Of a stretch of DNA of 64,000 nucleotides, positions 1-44,756 are shown piece by piece. Below the pieces are notes generated by a model, which was given only the letters and a program-made list of their open reading frames with translations, did no database searches and was not told where the DNA came from. Position numbers and translations under genes: made by a program. This DNA is from Amoebidium appalachense (lineage: Eukaryota > Protista > Ichthyosporea). Every line of letters starts with the position of its first letter. Positions within the stretch are counted from its first letter, which is position 1. The stretch lies in the NCBI GenBank assembly GCA_963693365.1, contig CAVNZM010000002.1, positions 9,335,059 through 9,399,058 of the forward strand, given 5' to 3'.

Positions 1-180
1 GAAAATATCATTATTTCGTATACTTTTATATCTGTTTCTGCTTAGCACTTCTTAATCATCTTACGACACCCACCACTACTACCATACCACATCATGTTTC
101 CAGGCATATCATCTCACCATACATATAACCTACCACACCATCTCATGTTTCTTACCAAATTATCCATTCTTTTAACCCAG

Positions 181-4420
<4,240 letters not shown>

Positions 4421-4739
4421 CCTCATCCCCGGCAAGATATTGCAGGTTCGACACCACCTTTTTTACCTTTCCTGTCCTGTTTCTCGTTTGTGTTAAATGT
4501 CGACTCATGCATTCAAGCCCTCCCCCCCCCCCCCCCCCCCCCCCCCCCTCCTCCCCCCCCCCCCCCCCCCCCCACCAACCTCATCCCCCGGGGACCCCCT
4601 GAGAGCCTTTTGTGAAGGAGTAGGTACTATCCCACAATTCCCCTGATGGTGGTGGGCCCTGCTATGGCTTCTCGTGCATGTAAATTGTTTAGTTTCTGTT
4701 TGGTGTTCTTACCCTCACCCTCCCCCCCCCCCCCCCCCC

Positions 4740-4788
<49 letters not shown>

Positions 4789-5126
4789 CGCCCCCCTTCT
4801 CCTCCTCAGCCAACCGCCACCACGCACATAGACTGGAGCTCGCTTGATTCTTTGATCGTTTCTGTGGGTAAATGTTTCTATTATGTGTTGTGAAGGTTAA
4901 ATGATTAAAAGCTGTGTTTTTTTTTCCCGTGCGTGTTTATTGATTTCTCTCTCATTCTCTCTCTCACTCTCTCTCTCTTTCGCTCCCTCCCTCCCTCCCT
5001 CCTTCCCTCCCTCCATCCCTCCCTCCCTCCCTCCCTCCCTCCCTCCCTCCCTCCCTCCCTCCCTCCCTCCCTCCCTCCCTCCCCCTCCCCCCCCCCCTCC
5101 CCCCCTCCCTCCCTCCCTCCCTCCCT

Positions 5127-5175
<49 letters not shown>

Positions 5176-5320
5176 CCCCCCCCCCCCCCCCCCCCCCCAG
5201 TCCCGCGCCTTCATCTTTCAAAGCTCACCTGCCCTCTCCTTGCTCCCATGTAATAGATAATTGATGAATGTGGCTGTGCTTGTGGATGTGTGTGTGTGTG
5301 GGGGGGGGGGGGGGGGGGGG

Positions 5321-5386
5321 GTTTGAATGCGGAACACGGTACAAAGTACGCATACACGACGAGAAGCATGGTGCAGGACACATGCA
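5321..5386 (+). repeat. 66-bp dispersed repeat, copy 1
   Basis: 63/66 identical to the reverse complement of 51584-51649; both copies are preceded by a G-rich run. Confidence 0.95.
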
Positions 5387-7659
5387 CATGGGGGGGGGGG
5401 GGGGGCATAACAGAAAACCAGACTGTACTAATTTCTGGTACACCACATATGTACAGGCGCGGCAGTGTACAGATGTGGGATATTATTATGCTGTGAGTGA
5501 CTAGCACCCATTGCTTCCCCTGCCTCTCCCTCCGGCTCATCCCTTGCCACTATTACAAGGTCTATGACGATAACAAGACTCCCCTTGTTTTTTTAGTTTT
5601 GCTTCTTCTTTTTCTTTTTCTTTTTTTTTTTTCTTTTTCTTTTTTCTTTTTTTTTTTTTTTTTTTTTTTTGGGGGGAGGGGGGGGGGGGGGGGGTTTGAA
5701 ATTGACATGTGTTTGTTGGTTCGCTCTTCTTGTCCAGTCCAGAATTCATTCCCTTTCATGCCATCTCTCAATCAGACATTTAAGGGTTGGTCGCTTTGTT
5801 TTTTTTATGGGAATGTCGTTCTACCCACCCTTTTCACCCAATTAGCCATGCACGAATGGGTCACGTACACTTGGACTTTGATTGTGTTGTAATGTTGTAT
5901 AATATAGGCTTCCGAGGAAACTAATGTGTTTTGTTTCGGTGCCACACAACACAAAGGGTTGCAATTCTTAAGGCAGCAGTCCTTCGTTCTGAGCAGGAAT
6001 TCATGTGTTCTGCATGCATTATAAGGATCGATTTCCGCAAAGGTACGCATGCTGAGAAGGTTGTGCATGCATGTGTATGTTACTAATACGCACACGTGCG
6101 CATGCGCGCGCGCGCGCACACACATACACACGCACACACACACACACACACACAAACACAAAAACACACTCACAAACACACACGAACACATGGGGTGCAC
6201 ACACACACATTCTAGCAGATATGAGCAGACCCATGTGCACATATGGGCGCAGTTACACACGTTTAATAATACGCGCATGCATTTTTCAACCTATCTGCTT
6301 CCCACCTTTACATTTTAATGAGATTCCTTAATCACAGACGTTTTTTAGTTGCAAGGGCACGAATGAAGGTTTGCACGATGACAGGTATTTAGCACGGTGG
6401 ATTCGATATGCCCAAAAGAGTTTGTCTATTACATATTTATTGTTTGCACCAAGTTAGAGTAGCAAGAGTAATTGTGTTTGGCTGAAATCTAAATCATATT
6501 GAACGGACTACAGAGTCTGATACAACAGTGAAGGAGAGATATATTCTTCATTGCAAGTATACGCACGAGTTAATATTTCATGATCAGGCACAGCTGTAGT
6601 TATACATGTACATAATAAAAAGGAACTCTTTGAGAAGCTGGCAGTGGAGTATTACTGAGTTCATGTCCAGTGATGCGTGCTCTTCTTGGGAGAGTGCCAG
6701 GGGGAGGGAAAGGGGGGGGGGGGGGGGGGGGGGGGGAAGGGGGGGCTACACGTGTGTGTGTGCGTGTGTGCGTGCGTGTGTGCGTGTGTGTGCAGGCGTG
6801 CGCGTGTTTGTATGTGTGTGTGTCGATGTCTGAATCTGTGCCTGTGTTGTGTTCGTGCATCTCACGGTGTGTGTGTCGCAGTGTGTGTGCGCGCGCCTGT
6901 CAGTGAGTGTTTGTGTCTCCGTGTGTGTGCTGGGATGAATGGATACTATTATTCTAGGTGCACCTGGTGTTACGATGGTGAAGAGGCCGACACCACGTGC
7001 AGAGGGGCAGGCGCCTCGATGTTGGGGGGGGTGAGGGGGGGTGTGGGGGGGGGCTGTGATACAATTGATAAGTGCACCGGGGTGTGATCCGAACACGCAG
7101 TTCATATGGGTGTGTGTGAGCACCAAATTGTCATTCACGGTGGTGCTTGCAGGCCTAGTCGGATTCGGCCCATTATTATGTAGAGTACCTTCTGCGTTTG
7201 TGCATGTGTGTGTGTGTGTGTGAACAGACGTGCAAGTCTAGGTCTGCCTATGCCTGTATCTAGAATCTAAATCCCTCTGTTTATTCCGTGTTATAAAGAA
7301 TTTTGGCCGGGATTCCGCATTTCTAAGTGTCGTGGAAAAAAGAGGTTCTTATGAAACAACCAAAAAATCACGTGCACTAAATAAGCTCAGAACACGACAA
7401 TATAATTGAGGAAAAGTGATCAAGGCTGGGTCGTGTGTGTGACACTGTCAGTGTGTGTGTGTGTGTGTGTGTGTTGGGGGGGGGCGGGGGGGGGGGGGGG
7501 GGGGGGGGGAGATGGGGGGGTTGGAGATGGGGTGGGTGGGGTGGGGGCCGGGGGGGGAAGTGATCAAGGCCGGGTTGTGTATGTATGTGTGTGTGTGTGT
7601 GTGTGTGTGTACGTGTGTGTGTGTGCAGAAGGGGGGTTGGCCATGGGGAAGGGGGGGGA

Positions 7660-7696
<37 letters not shown>

Positions 7697-8384
7697 CCAG
7701 ACATAATAATATGCAATCATGTACTTCGTGTTCCAGGGAAAATTCACTGTTGGTATGAATCCTCTAAAGAAAATGGTGCAGCGGAAGCAAGGATATGTGT
7801 ACACATTGGGCGGGTGGGTGACCTGGGCTTTAAAACATACCAACAACATTCCGGAATTCGAATGCTTCTTCTCAGAAGGATGGGGGAAGGGAGGGAGGGG
7901 GATAGGAGAAGGGGGGAGGGGGTGGGGGGAAGTCGCTCATAATCAATGTATTTGTACAAGGGGGGAAGCGGAATGTGCAAGTGTTTGGGTGGTTGTTGGG
8001 ACCAATTACAACAGCTATCACTCCAAAAACTCGCGACTACCAGCATGATTACTATGAATATCGAACTTGTTGGCCAACGTTAACCGGGTTGAAATGGTGG
8101 TGTTGGTGGTGGTGGTCTTTGGGGGGGGGGGGGGGGGGGGGGTTGAGGGGTGGGGGGGTCCATTAGCACATCTGTGAAGTTTTAAAACTACGGGGTGAAT
8201 CATAGGGATTGCTCCCAGAGTTCAAACCAGTGGACACTATGGGTAACTGTTACAATACGTATTTATATTTATAGTTCAATTGTTTGGCAATGTTCGCGTA
8301 TATACATAGAGGTTATTTGGAATAAATATTTACAGGTTTACACAAAGCTCTCCCACAAGCGTCATTATAAGCTTAAGCCCAGCC

Positions 8385-10634
8385 TCACAACTCAACACTC
8401 ACCAGGCTAACAGGCCTATCTTGAACAGCAACACCCACCACCCCATTCACTTCACCCATCTCTTCGTTCTCCTGGAACGATGTGGTCTTAGAAAGCTCAA
8501 CCCACGCCCTACTCTCCTTTAACAATCCCCGCAGTAGCTCTCTCTCTTTAAGCGCATCCTCCAAATCCATTGACTGCGACAAAATCGCTTTCTCAAGCGC
8601 CCCTTTCACAGACATCAACTCGTCGACTCCCAATTCCACCAACCCATGGGCAAGCGCGTTTAGACGATGGCAGTTCTCCCCCTCGTCATCTTCGGGCATG
8701 GGGCAGGAGTGCATGTCTGCTGGAACCATCGGGATGAGCACATCGGGCAGACTGCCTTGAAGCATAATGCTTGATTTTCGGCGCACGAACGGGCTTGAAC
8801 ACCGTTTTGCCTGTGTACGCACACTTACCTCACCAATCATTTCCGGTGCGGAATAGCTGAAAAAAGATGTGGTCATAGATGGAAAACCAGAACCGGGTGG
8901 ACTACCGCTTCTGCGCATCCCCGTCAGAGAGGAAGAAGACGACGTGGAGAACAGAGGTTCACCCCCGCCTGTTAGGTTGGGGCAGGAAGGCACACCGAAA
9001 AGGGCATCAGGGCTCGATATGGGGGCTGCAGGAGAGCCATTGTAGGGAGAGGGGGAGGCGAGACCGTTCTGATTGACGGCAGGGGATGCAAGCTTGCCTT
9101 GGCGCTTTGACACGCCAACATCCGCACCGATGGATCCAACTACAGGCGGACGTTGCTGTTGCTGTGCCCGAGAGGAAGCCCTTGGTCGTGCGACTAAATG
9201 CTTGGGTAACCCGCCGGCGGTGGTGTCCATGGAGATTTCACTGCCCTGTGCGAAGGACATGCTAGCGGCATCACCTTGACCCACCGAAGCACCGTTGTCG
9301 GAATTCGAACGACTGATGGTGTTGCTGCTTGCACTCAAGTCCGGAAGGGATGCTGCAAGGAATCCGAGCCGAATCATCGACGTGGGGGTCTTACATCTAC
9401 GCTGGGAAGCAGGCCCCTGGATCGTATTGAGCCTCCGACCCATGTCTGGTGAGTTCCTCATCCCACCGGGCCGAGAATACGGCTGACCAGTCGACATAAG
9501 TGGGCTGGACGGACAGCTCTCCACTCCCTCACGTGGATTCTTGCTCCCCTTTTGCGCTCTGCTACCGTCGTCTGGAACTGAAAGTGATTGCCTACGGGGC
9601 GTCCCAATGTTTTCGCTCCTCGCGTGTTGGGTTGTATGTGATTCGAGGGTTGTAGCTGAGGAATGAGTAACATTGTGCCCTGCAAGAGGGCTGCCAACAA
9701 ACTGGCACGCATCTCCGCCCGCCACCGAGTGTGATCGTTGAAAAGGATTCGTTAACGACCCGCGTGATCCCCGGCGACTGCAGTCGTTACTCATTCCTGT
9801 GGATGCAGACCGAACATGACCACTCCCCGGCCCGTTTAGCGCAGCTGCGGCAAGGGCTGTCCCCCTGGTTGCCAACCTTCCGTTACTTGCTCGCTCGAGG
9901 GAGTTGGATGATGTCACTCGTTGTCTCGGCAAAGAATGCGCGCTGTTAGTGTCACCGGATTGGAGGGAAGAACACCTTTCGTCGTTGCTGCTTGATGCAA
10001 AATTTGATCCGTTTGCTTGCGTTTGCTGGTTGCTGTCGTGTCTGGAGAACTGAATGTCCGGGAGATTGTCAAATGTGGCTCTCTCGGCTGCTTGAACATA
10101 AGATGGTTCGTGCAGGGATTGTGTTTGCGAAATATGTGGGTTAGGAAACAGGCCAGTTGGGCTAGCTGCATTTGGGGACTCTTTGGAAAATAGGGACATG
10201 AACGTGTGGGGGCCTTTTACCCTCTTGTTATCGGGGGTATTGGTGGATTTTTCGCTCTGAAATTTACCTAGAGCCGATACAACTGCATCCCCGAACTTGG
10301 ATGCTGACAGGGATAGCTCCTTAAGGTCTGTTTCAGGCGCTGTTATATTTGATTCTGGCTTCTGCGCGGATGTGTATGCATGTAGAGTGCCAGCTGGCTG
10401 CGTAGCCAGAGCAACACTTTCACTATCGCTTTTCCCTTTCGAGTGCGCCCGTGGTTTCTTGGCCCCTACCCAGAATTTTTTGTTCACCCAGCTAAACGCA
10501 CTTTTCTTGCTAGCATCATCGTCACTTGAGATGTCATTTATAGCTGCCGCTACCTCTATCTTCGTCGTTTTCTGGTCACATAACTCAACGTTTTCAAACA
10601 ACCCGACCCGCATTGCAGCAGCTGCAGCAGCCAT
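8385..10634 (-). CDS. Single-exon ~749 aa Ser/Ala/Gly-rich, probably disordered protein with a C-terminal coiled coil resembling the FEZ/UNC-76/SCHIP-1 motif
   Basis: Uninterrupted 2.25 kb ORF free of microsatellites (frame open to 10697; first ATG at 10634). C-terminal GLVELGVDELMSVKGALEKAILSQSMDLEDALKERELLRGLL is heptad-patterned. Family resemblance is by eye only. Confidence 0.75.
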   Translation of the reverse strand: MAAAAAAMRVGLFENVELCDQKTTKIEVAAAINDISSDDDASKKSAFSWVNKKFWVGAKKPRAHSKGKSDSESVALATQPAGTLHAYTSAQKPESNITAPETDLKELSLSASKFGDAVVSALGKFQSEKSTNTPDNKRVKGPHTFMSLFSKESPNAASPTGLFPNPHISQTQSLHEPSYVQAAERATFDNLPDIQFSRHDSNQQTQANGSNFASSSNDERCSSLQSGDTNSAHSLPRQRVTSSNSLERASNGRLATRGTALAAAALNGPGSGHVRSASTGMSNDCSRRGSRGSLTNPFQRSHSVAGGDACQFVGSPLAGHNVTHSSATTLESHTTQHARSENIGTPRRQSLSVPDDGSRAQKGSKNPREGVESCPSSPLMSTGQPYSRPGGMRNSPDMGRRLNTIQGPASQRRCKTPTSMIRLGFLAASLPDLSASSNTISRSNSDNGASVGQGDAASMSFAQGSEISMDTTAGGLPKHLVARPRASSRAQQQQRPPVVGSIGADVGVSKRQGKLASPAVNQNGLASPSPYNGSPAAPISSPDALFGVPSCPNLTGGGEPLFSTSSSSSLTGMRRSGSPPGSGFPSMTTSFFSYSAPEMIGEVSVRTQAKRCSSPFVRRKSSIMLQGSLPDVLIPMVPADMHSCPMPEDDEGENCHRLNALAHGLVELGVDELMSVKGALEKAILSQSMDLEDALKERELLRGLLKESRAWVELSKTTSFQENEEMGEVNGVVGVAVQDRPVSLVSVEL

Positions 10635-12022
10635 TCTCGAGACTCTTGTGTGTGCTAATCTAACGTGCTGGGTGATCTTGTACTCAATACTGTCCAATAC
10701 ACGAAGATCATTAACGAAGTTATTGGTAACCGTTACTCATGGCATGTCAATTCAACAACATGCCATGCCACACTTTTCACTCTTATGATTGTGTGTGAAG
10801 ACTTGCGTGTTGGAGAAGTGCCAGAAGTGGCACAGCCACGAAGCCATTGCACCACAGAGGACTACTGTGTTGCATGATCTGTAACCAATCTTCGTCATCT
10901 GTTTTAGTTGAACTGTAAGATTTAGCTTACTTTAGGTAAACGTTGATGTAATTATGGGCTTCGTTAACAGAAGCTCATTGCCGATACTTTTGATTCGGTA
11001 ACAGAGCATCGGTGGATGTCGAAAATTCGAGTAGCAAATCATAGTAAACCATTAAATTATACGTTTTAAAGCCTTCTATTCTGGCCCAGCTTTGTCTTAT
11101 GCAAGCCATCCTTGTTATAAAGTCACGATATCAATCTAGAACAGCTTGTACGGTTGACCAATATCCCTGCCCCGCCAGTCATTAGCCAACATGCAGCCAG
11201 CCACACTCCCTCCCAGGTAACGAAGCCGCAAAAAAAGAGAAACCAGTAAATAAAATCGTCCTTTCTGTGTGAAGATTGCCCCCATGATGTTCTTGGGATT
11301 TTACTATTGAACAGGTGCCAGCTTCTAGGTTCCCAAATCCTCACCTCGCAATAGTCCTTCAGTGAAAAAAACCTTCCACAAATTTAAATTTGAAGCGCAG
11401 CAACGATGGCAACTTCTTGAACATTGCCATTGCCATTTTGGCCTAGATGTCATCATGCTTGTGAACTCTCAGCCTTCTGAAATGCTCCATGGACTTCCAG
11501 ATATTGGAGAGTGTTATATTGAATTCGAAAAAGGGCGGGGAGGGAAGGGGGGGAAGGCAGGGAGAGGTGTAGTCTGATTTGGTTTTCAACCCACCATGGC
11601 CAAGCCCCCCCTCAGTCAACGTCCAGCTAGCAAGGGCGAATTGGGGGAAGGGGGAGGGGGGGAAGGGGAAGAGGGGAGAGAGGGGGGAATGGTGAAGGTT
11701 GGGGCAAGCGGCAACATCCATTCTCCCTTCCCCCCCTCCCGCCGCCCCTGCCCCCCCCCCCCCCCCCCCCCCCCTCCCCCCCCCCCCCCCCCCCCCCCAC
11801 CTTCCCCCCCAGCCCCCTTCCGAACTTCCCTGGGCTCGGGTGCTCTACACACACACGCACGCACGCACGCACGCACGCACAAACACACACACACAAACAC
11901 GCATGCCCAAATACACACACGCAACACACACGCACGCACGCACTCACTCATCATCACACACACACACCTGCGTGCGCGTGCCCACACACCCACACACACA
12001 CACACACACACAGATACACACA

Positions 12023-12098
<76 letters not shown>

Positions 12099-12922
12099 AA
12101 CACATACACACACACATACACACACGCGCGCACACAATGAGTGCGAGCTTGTTGGCCCCGCACGTAGGTGTGCTTTGGTGTGGGAGGGGAAAAGGTGCAG
12201 AACGTTCGGCCATTTGTGCACTTAGTCTGTAATACCTGCAAGGGACGAATACACACATGATATGTTCTAATAGCCTGGTAGTAATAGATAAAAATAAAAA
12301 ATATTCTAGTTTAAAAGGAAGCAGATAAGCCCAGAACCCATAGTTCGTGTGGCAACGACATACATGTGATGTGTGGTACTCACGTCTCTATGTATTGCCG
12401 AGTTTCTTTGCGACTGTTTGACTTTGCTACTGGTGTTGTGTTGTAAGTTTGTTTCTTATCGCAGTTATAACAATTTCCATGAGTTGATGCTATCGAACAG
12501 AAAACTTAAAGAAAAGCCCGGGCCGGGGCTGTACTCCAGATTTCTTACAGGAAGCAACACTTAGCCCTTGCCGCGGTTCCAGGCCCCATGTTCAAAATCG
12601 GAACGACCGGGCTGGAGTCGACCAGAGAGCCTCAACGGCAATCTGTGAAACGGCCAGTTAAAGAATCCATCAGTAAGTGCTCCAGTTGTTATTATGACCG
12701 GATAGGCCAAAGAGCTTCTCCGATAGTAACTCAAGTGCTTCTTTGCAAGTGTGTCTGTTGTTCCATATTCCAAGCATTTTTTTTTGTTTTTTACATCGTG
12801 AGGATGGGAGCATACGATGTGCAAACCATAAGGAAAATCTCTGTATCAAGTTGCAGGAAGACACGCCTATCACATATGTCCCAGATGAATCAGAAGCTCC
12901 CCCCCCCCCCCCCCCCCCCCAC

Positions 12923-13021
<99 letters not shown>

Positions 13022-13354
13022 GTACACACACACGTACATACACACACACAGACACACAGACACACACACACACACACTGCCCTCCTTAAAAAATAAGAAG
13101 AAAGAAAAGAAAAAGCAAAGAAACTCTCGCACCCTAACACGCATAAGCAAACCTTCTCTTTTTCTGCGAATTGACATGCAGAAAACTACTATCCATTGTA
13201 CGTAAAACCCCGTTGCAAAATGCGCGGGAAATCAGGATAATGTGGGTGGGTTGGAGGACAGTGCTTCAGTGTTCGCCGTCCTCCCTCCAAATATAACAAA
13301 GAAATTCACGAGGAAAATTGTGATAATTATAAATAAGATGTACGAGAGAGAAAA

Positions 13355-13508
13355 GAATGGCAAACATAGAGAGTTTATTGGCGAGCATAGAAGGAAAATA
13401 ACCAATACAGTAGTAAACATGGAAAGAAGACGGCAGACATAGAAAGAAAACGGCAAGCATAGAAAAAGAAATTCAATGGCAAACATAGAAAGAAAATGTC
13501 AAACATGT
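13355..13508. repeat. Degenerate ~20-30 bp repeat downstream of the DNMT1 last exon
   Basis: GGCAAACATAGAAAGAAAA-like motif recurs 5-6 times. Confidence 0.65.
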
Positions 13509-13633
13509 GTATTACATGCATTGCGAGCTTCTGAACCACTAGCTGGCCGGGACCAGGGATTGTAGCATGACCCAAGACGGCGTATTTACGATTAATCGAT
13601 TTGCAATGACCCCCCAAAACGCTAAAAAGTAAT

Positions 13634-40776
<27,143 letters not shown>

Positions 40777-42764
40777 CTTCAGCCTTTCCTATACATAGCA
40801 GTTTCAGGGTCAACTATATCATAATTTTCCTCAAGGCCTCATGTCTTTCAAGCAAGAGAACAACGTTCACAATACAAACGTAAACCGTTGAAACTATGTG
40901 TGGCTTGTTGGGCAACGCAAGAATCAGCACCAGCTGCACATATATGAACTTCATACAGCTCCCAACAATCCAGTAAAAACGTGTTTTCACTCATATGTAT
41001 GCGCAGAAATCTCTCACAAGGGACCGCAAACCGCAACAGGACCGCCGCTTTTATTAGCAACTGCATGGCCGGTTGCGCTATTGCAGGAGAGCAACCCCAA
41101 AGGGCAAACGGTTCGTCTCGCTGCGTGTACGTGTTTCAGTACTGGCATTTCACGCATTAAAGGAATCATTCAGTCGCGCGATTAGTTTGCGCAATCGCAT
41201 GGATTGGATCCCCACAAACTTCCTGTTGTGGGGCGTGAAGTATAAGTGTACCACGCTCCTGGGAATTTGAGACCTTTGAGGTTCCTACATGTGTGTAGGC
41301 TACCAGTGTTTTTCATGTAGTGTAGACTTATTGGTTTGTAAATGCGTAGGGTAAAATGTTGTCCTATGTTTGAGAATTTTAATGGCTTAAATTCAATCCC
41401 GACTCCCGATTCCCGAAACAGGAAATTTGTACATAAACTACATATTCACCCAAAGCCTTTGGCATCTAAGGGGATTTTTTGACTGGCTTGTCCATCCAAT
41501 AGAAATGAGCAATCTGGGAGCAAACCTCGGGAGTCGCCCTACTGTACTACGGTACATACAGCCCGGCTCGATCTCCCTGGGCCGCGGCTGAAACGGTAAA
41601 ATTACCGTTTCTAGAGCAATCTGAGGTTTTTTCATTTTTCGATCGCGTTCTCGCTGGAAGACTGCATATGCCGAGTTAGCCTTGCTGGATGCAAAGGGTT
41701 GTAACAAGTAGGGTATCGTTATGGCCTATTATATTTATAACAAGTCTTCATAATACACGAAACGGTGTTTACTAATGAAAAACCAGTTTTAGAGCTCTTT
41801 TTGCAATTCAAAGTGGCATGGTCGCCAATTCTAGAAAGCGGAAAAATACTGTTTCTAAGACTTATAATTTGGCTCTCTATCAGATCGGTTTTTCATACCT
41901 ACTTCATTGCGCACTAGGCTGGCTTAGCATGTGAGCTTGTAATGGCCGCTAGCAGCACAGCCTGGGACTCCTGCTTGTTGCAACTCTGGCAGCACCACAA
42001 ACCTCGCACACTGAGGTGAAGCAACAGCATTTGTGAGGCTCCTGTAACCTCGTGCAAGCTTTATATAAACGTAGTAAATGGCCGTTAGTAGACAAGATCT
42101 GCTCATCGTGTGCAGACCACTGTGCCACATCTGTGTGGAGAGCATGGGGAACTTACAAACAGCGTGTCCGTGCAATGAACACGGGCGATGCCTACGTTGA
42201 AGTTCGAGATAGAGGATGTGAACAAGGACTCCTTTAACAGTGTGCTTTTAGGCGGCTTTTAAGGTGCTTAGAGTACCTCCAGGCAGAAAAGGGGCCCCAT
42301 GCAGGGTTGAAGATCAGAGCAAGGAAGGGAGCGAAAAGCTAGGGCTTCCGAGCACATTCCACACTCATCAGCGGCAAGGTTAAGCTTAGAAGCCAGAATT
42401 ACATGAATAAAGGCCCTTGCGTATAGGGAGGGTTTATTTTTGTTCGAGAAAAACGACGGAGAAGAGTGCAAGGCGCAAACAACGCTGGCAGAAAAGTCGC
42501 CGGCCAAACGCCCGGAAACGGGCTGGCGGAGCGGCGGAATCAAGCCATCGTATTAGAGAATTTTTCTAAGTCTAGAAGCGGTAAAAATACCGTTTCTAGA
42601 TTTGATCGATTTTCATCCCAATGAGATGGGATAATGGGTAAATTGGGGGTAGGGCCTAGAATCTTAAACTTTAGTTCCTCGGCCTTAGGGTTCCTTATCG
42701 TATTCCTCCCCCCCGGGATCTCCCCCCCCCCCCCCCCCCCTCCCCCCGTGGGGGTGGTGGTGGT

Positions 42765-42831
<67 letters not shown>

Positions 42832-43189
42832 GTGAGTGTGAGTGAGTGAGTGAGCGAGAGTGTGTGTGGGGGGGGGGGGGGGGGGGGGGGAGGGGGGGGG
42901 GGGGGGGGAGGGGGGGGGGGGGGGAGGGGGGGAGGTGGGAGGGACGGATGGGGGGGATTCAAGCGCATGCATGCCGTTTCTGGAATCACAAAAATGTGTC
43001 TGATAGAGCCCAAAATCGCACAAAAAAAGAGTGTACACTTGTTTTTAATTTCCTGGTTAGAGGTGCCACGGGGTTTCATCTTTTTCGTTTCAAAGTGTTG
43101 TTTGGCTTTGGGTTTTGTAGCGCACGGACCACTCACGCGCGCGCACACACATGCACAGATGCACACAAAAGTGCAAACACACACATGTG

Positions 43190-43241
<52 letters not shown>

Positions 43242-43242
43242 G

Positions 43243-43314
<72 letters not shown>

Positions 43315-43816
43315 GCACACTTGGCACACGTGGTGCCACTGACACCTCCAGCCCCCCCCCCCCCTCCTCCCCCCCCCTCCCCCCGCTCTCCCCCCCCCCC
43401 CCACCCACACCCCCCCCCCCCCTCCCCGGCTCTACGATCCCTCACAATCCCTCCACAACACGCACACACACCTTCCAATCCACCTGAAAGGGCCCCCGGG
43501 AATTAAGGAGGGCAAAGAAAGGGGGGAAACATGTATACCCGCGAGCTGCCATGCACGCATGACACCGTGTTGCTATGCTGTATCTACCAAAACTTGGATC
43601 CAGGGGCACCGCACCAAAAGACCCAATCACCGTACACTTGCCTCATTATTTTTGGTCTAGCTAGCAGCTGTGTATTGGTTTAAGTTCAATTTTGATGTGG
43701 TGGTTTGATTCGAAATTGAAATTGTTGTTCTCGACCTGACTGATTCATTTTTGCTTCTGTTGGAAAATTATTGCTCGCGTGCGCCACGTCACATCTTGAC
43801 ACACACACACACACGC

Positions 43817-43879
<63 letters not shown>

Positions 43880-44456
43880 CACACGCACACACACACGCAC
43901 ACATGCCGTGTGAGCGTGAGTGACAAACAACCCCCCCCCCCCCCCCCCCACCCCAAACCCCCCCCCCCTCCCACCCCATCCCGTCCGGGGGCTTTTTCTG
44001 GGGAGTAAAAAAACAACGCCCACCCCATCCCGTCCGGGGCCTTTTTCTGGGGAGTAGGGTGTGTATGTGTGGGTGAAAGGGAGGGGAGGGGACAGGGGGG
44101 ACCGGGGTGCGGAGAGGGGGTGAGGGGGGGGGGGGGGGGGGGGGGATAAGCATATTTGGACCTCATGATACCTTTGCTTTGCTGTATCTATACGCATGAA
44201 TGCAACAACGGTACCCTTCAATTTACATGGGAATTTTGAAAACACGTTCGGTGCCGCATGAGTGTACGCTTGCCTTGTTTTAGTATTCGGTTAGATAAGA
44301 ACATTATCTGGGGGTTTTAACTGTTGTTGTTTAGTTTCGGTTTTTGGTTGGTACTTGTACAACGTTAATATTTGTTTTAACGCTGACACGATCCCTGTGT
44401 GGATTTTTTTGTTTCAAAGAGCTGCTCACACCACACACACATCATACACGTCACAC

Positions 44457-44532
<76 letters not shown>

Positions 44533-44557
44533 GCGCGCACACACGCACAAAGATACA

Positions 44558-44606
<49 letters not shown>

Positions 44607-44677
44607 CACACGCACACGCACACGCACACACACACACACACGCACCGTGACACACACACACACACACACACATGTAC

Positions 44678-44756
<79 letters not shown>

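Noticed and set aside
6957-8050. Possible + strand exons (after tctag at 6957 and ttccag at 7736) of a small gene
   Set aside because: No recognisable motif and no consistent phase-joined model.
12561-12643. Possible extra terminal DNMT1 exon after tttcacag (minus strand)
   Set aside because: A plausible acceptor, but the frame cannot be fixed and all motifs are complete in the previous exon; left unresolved.
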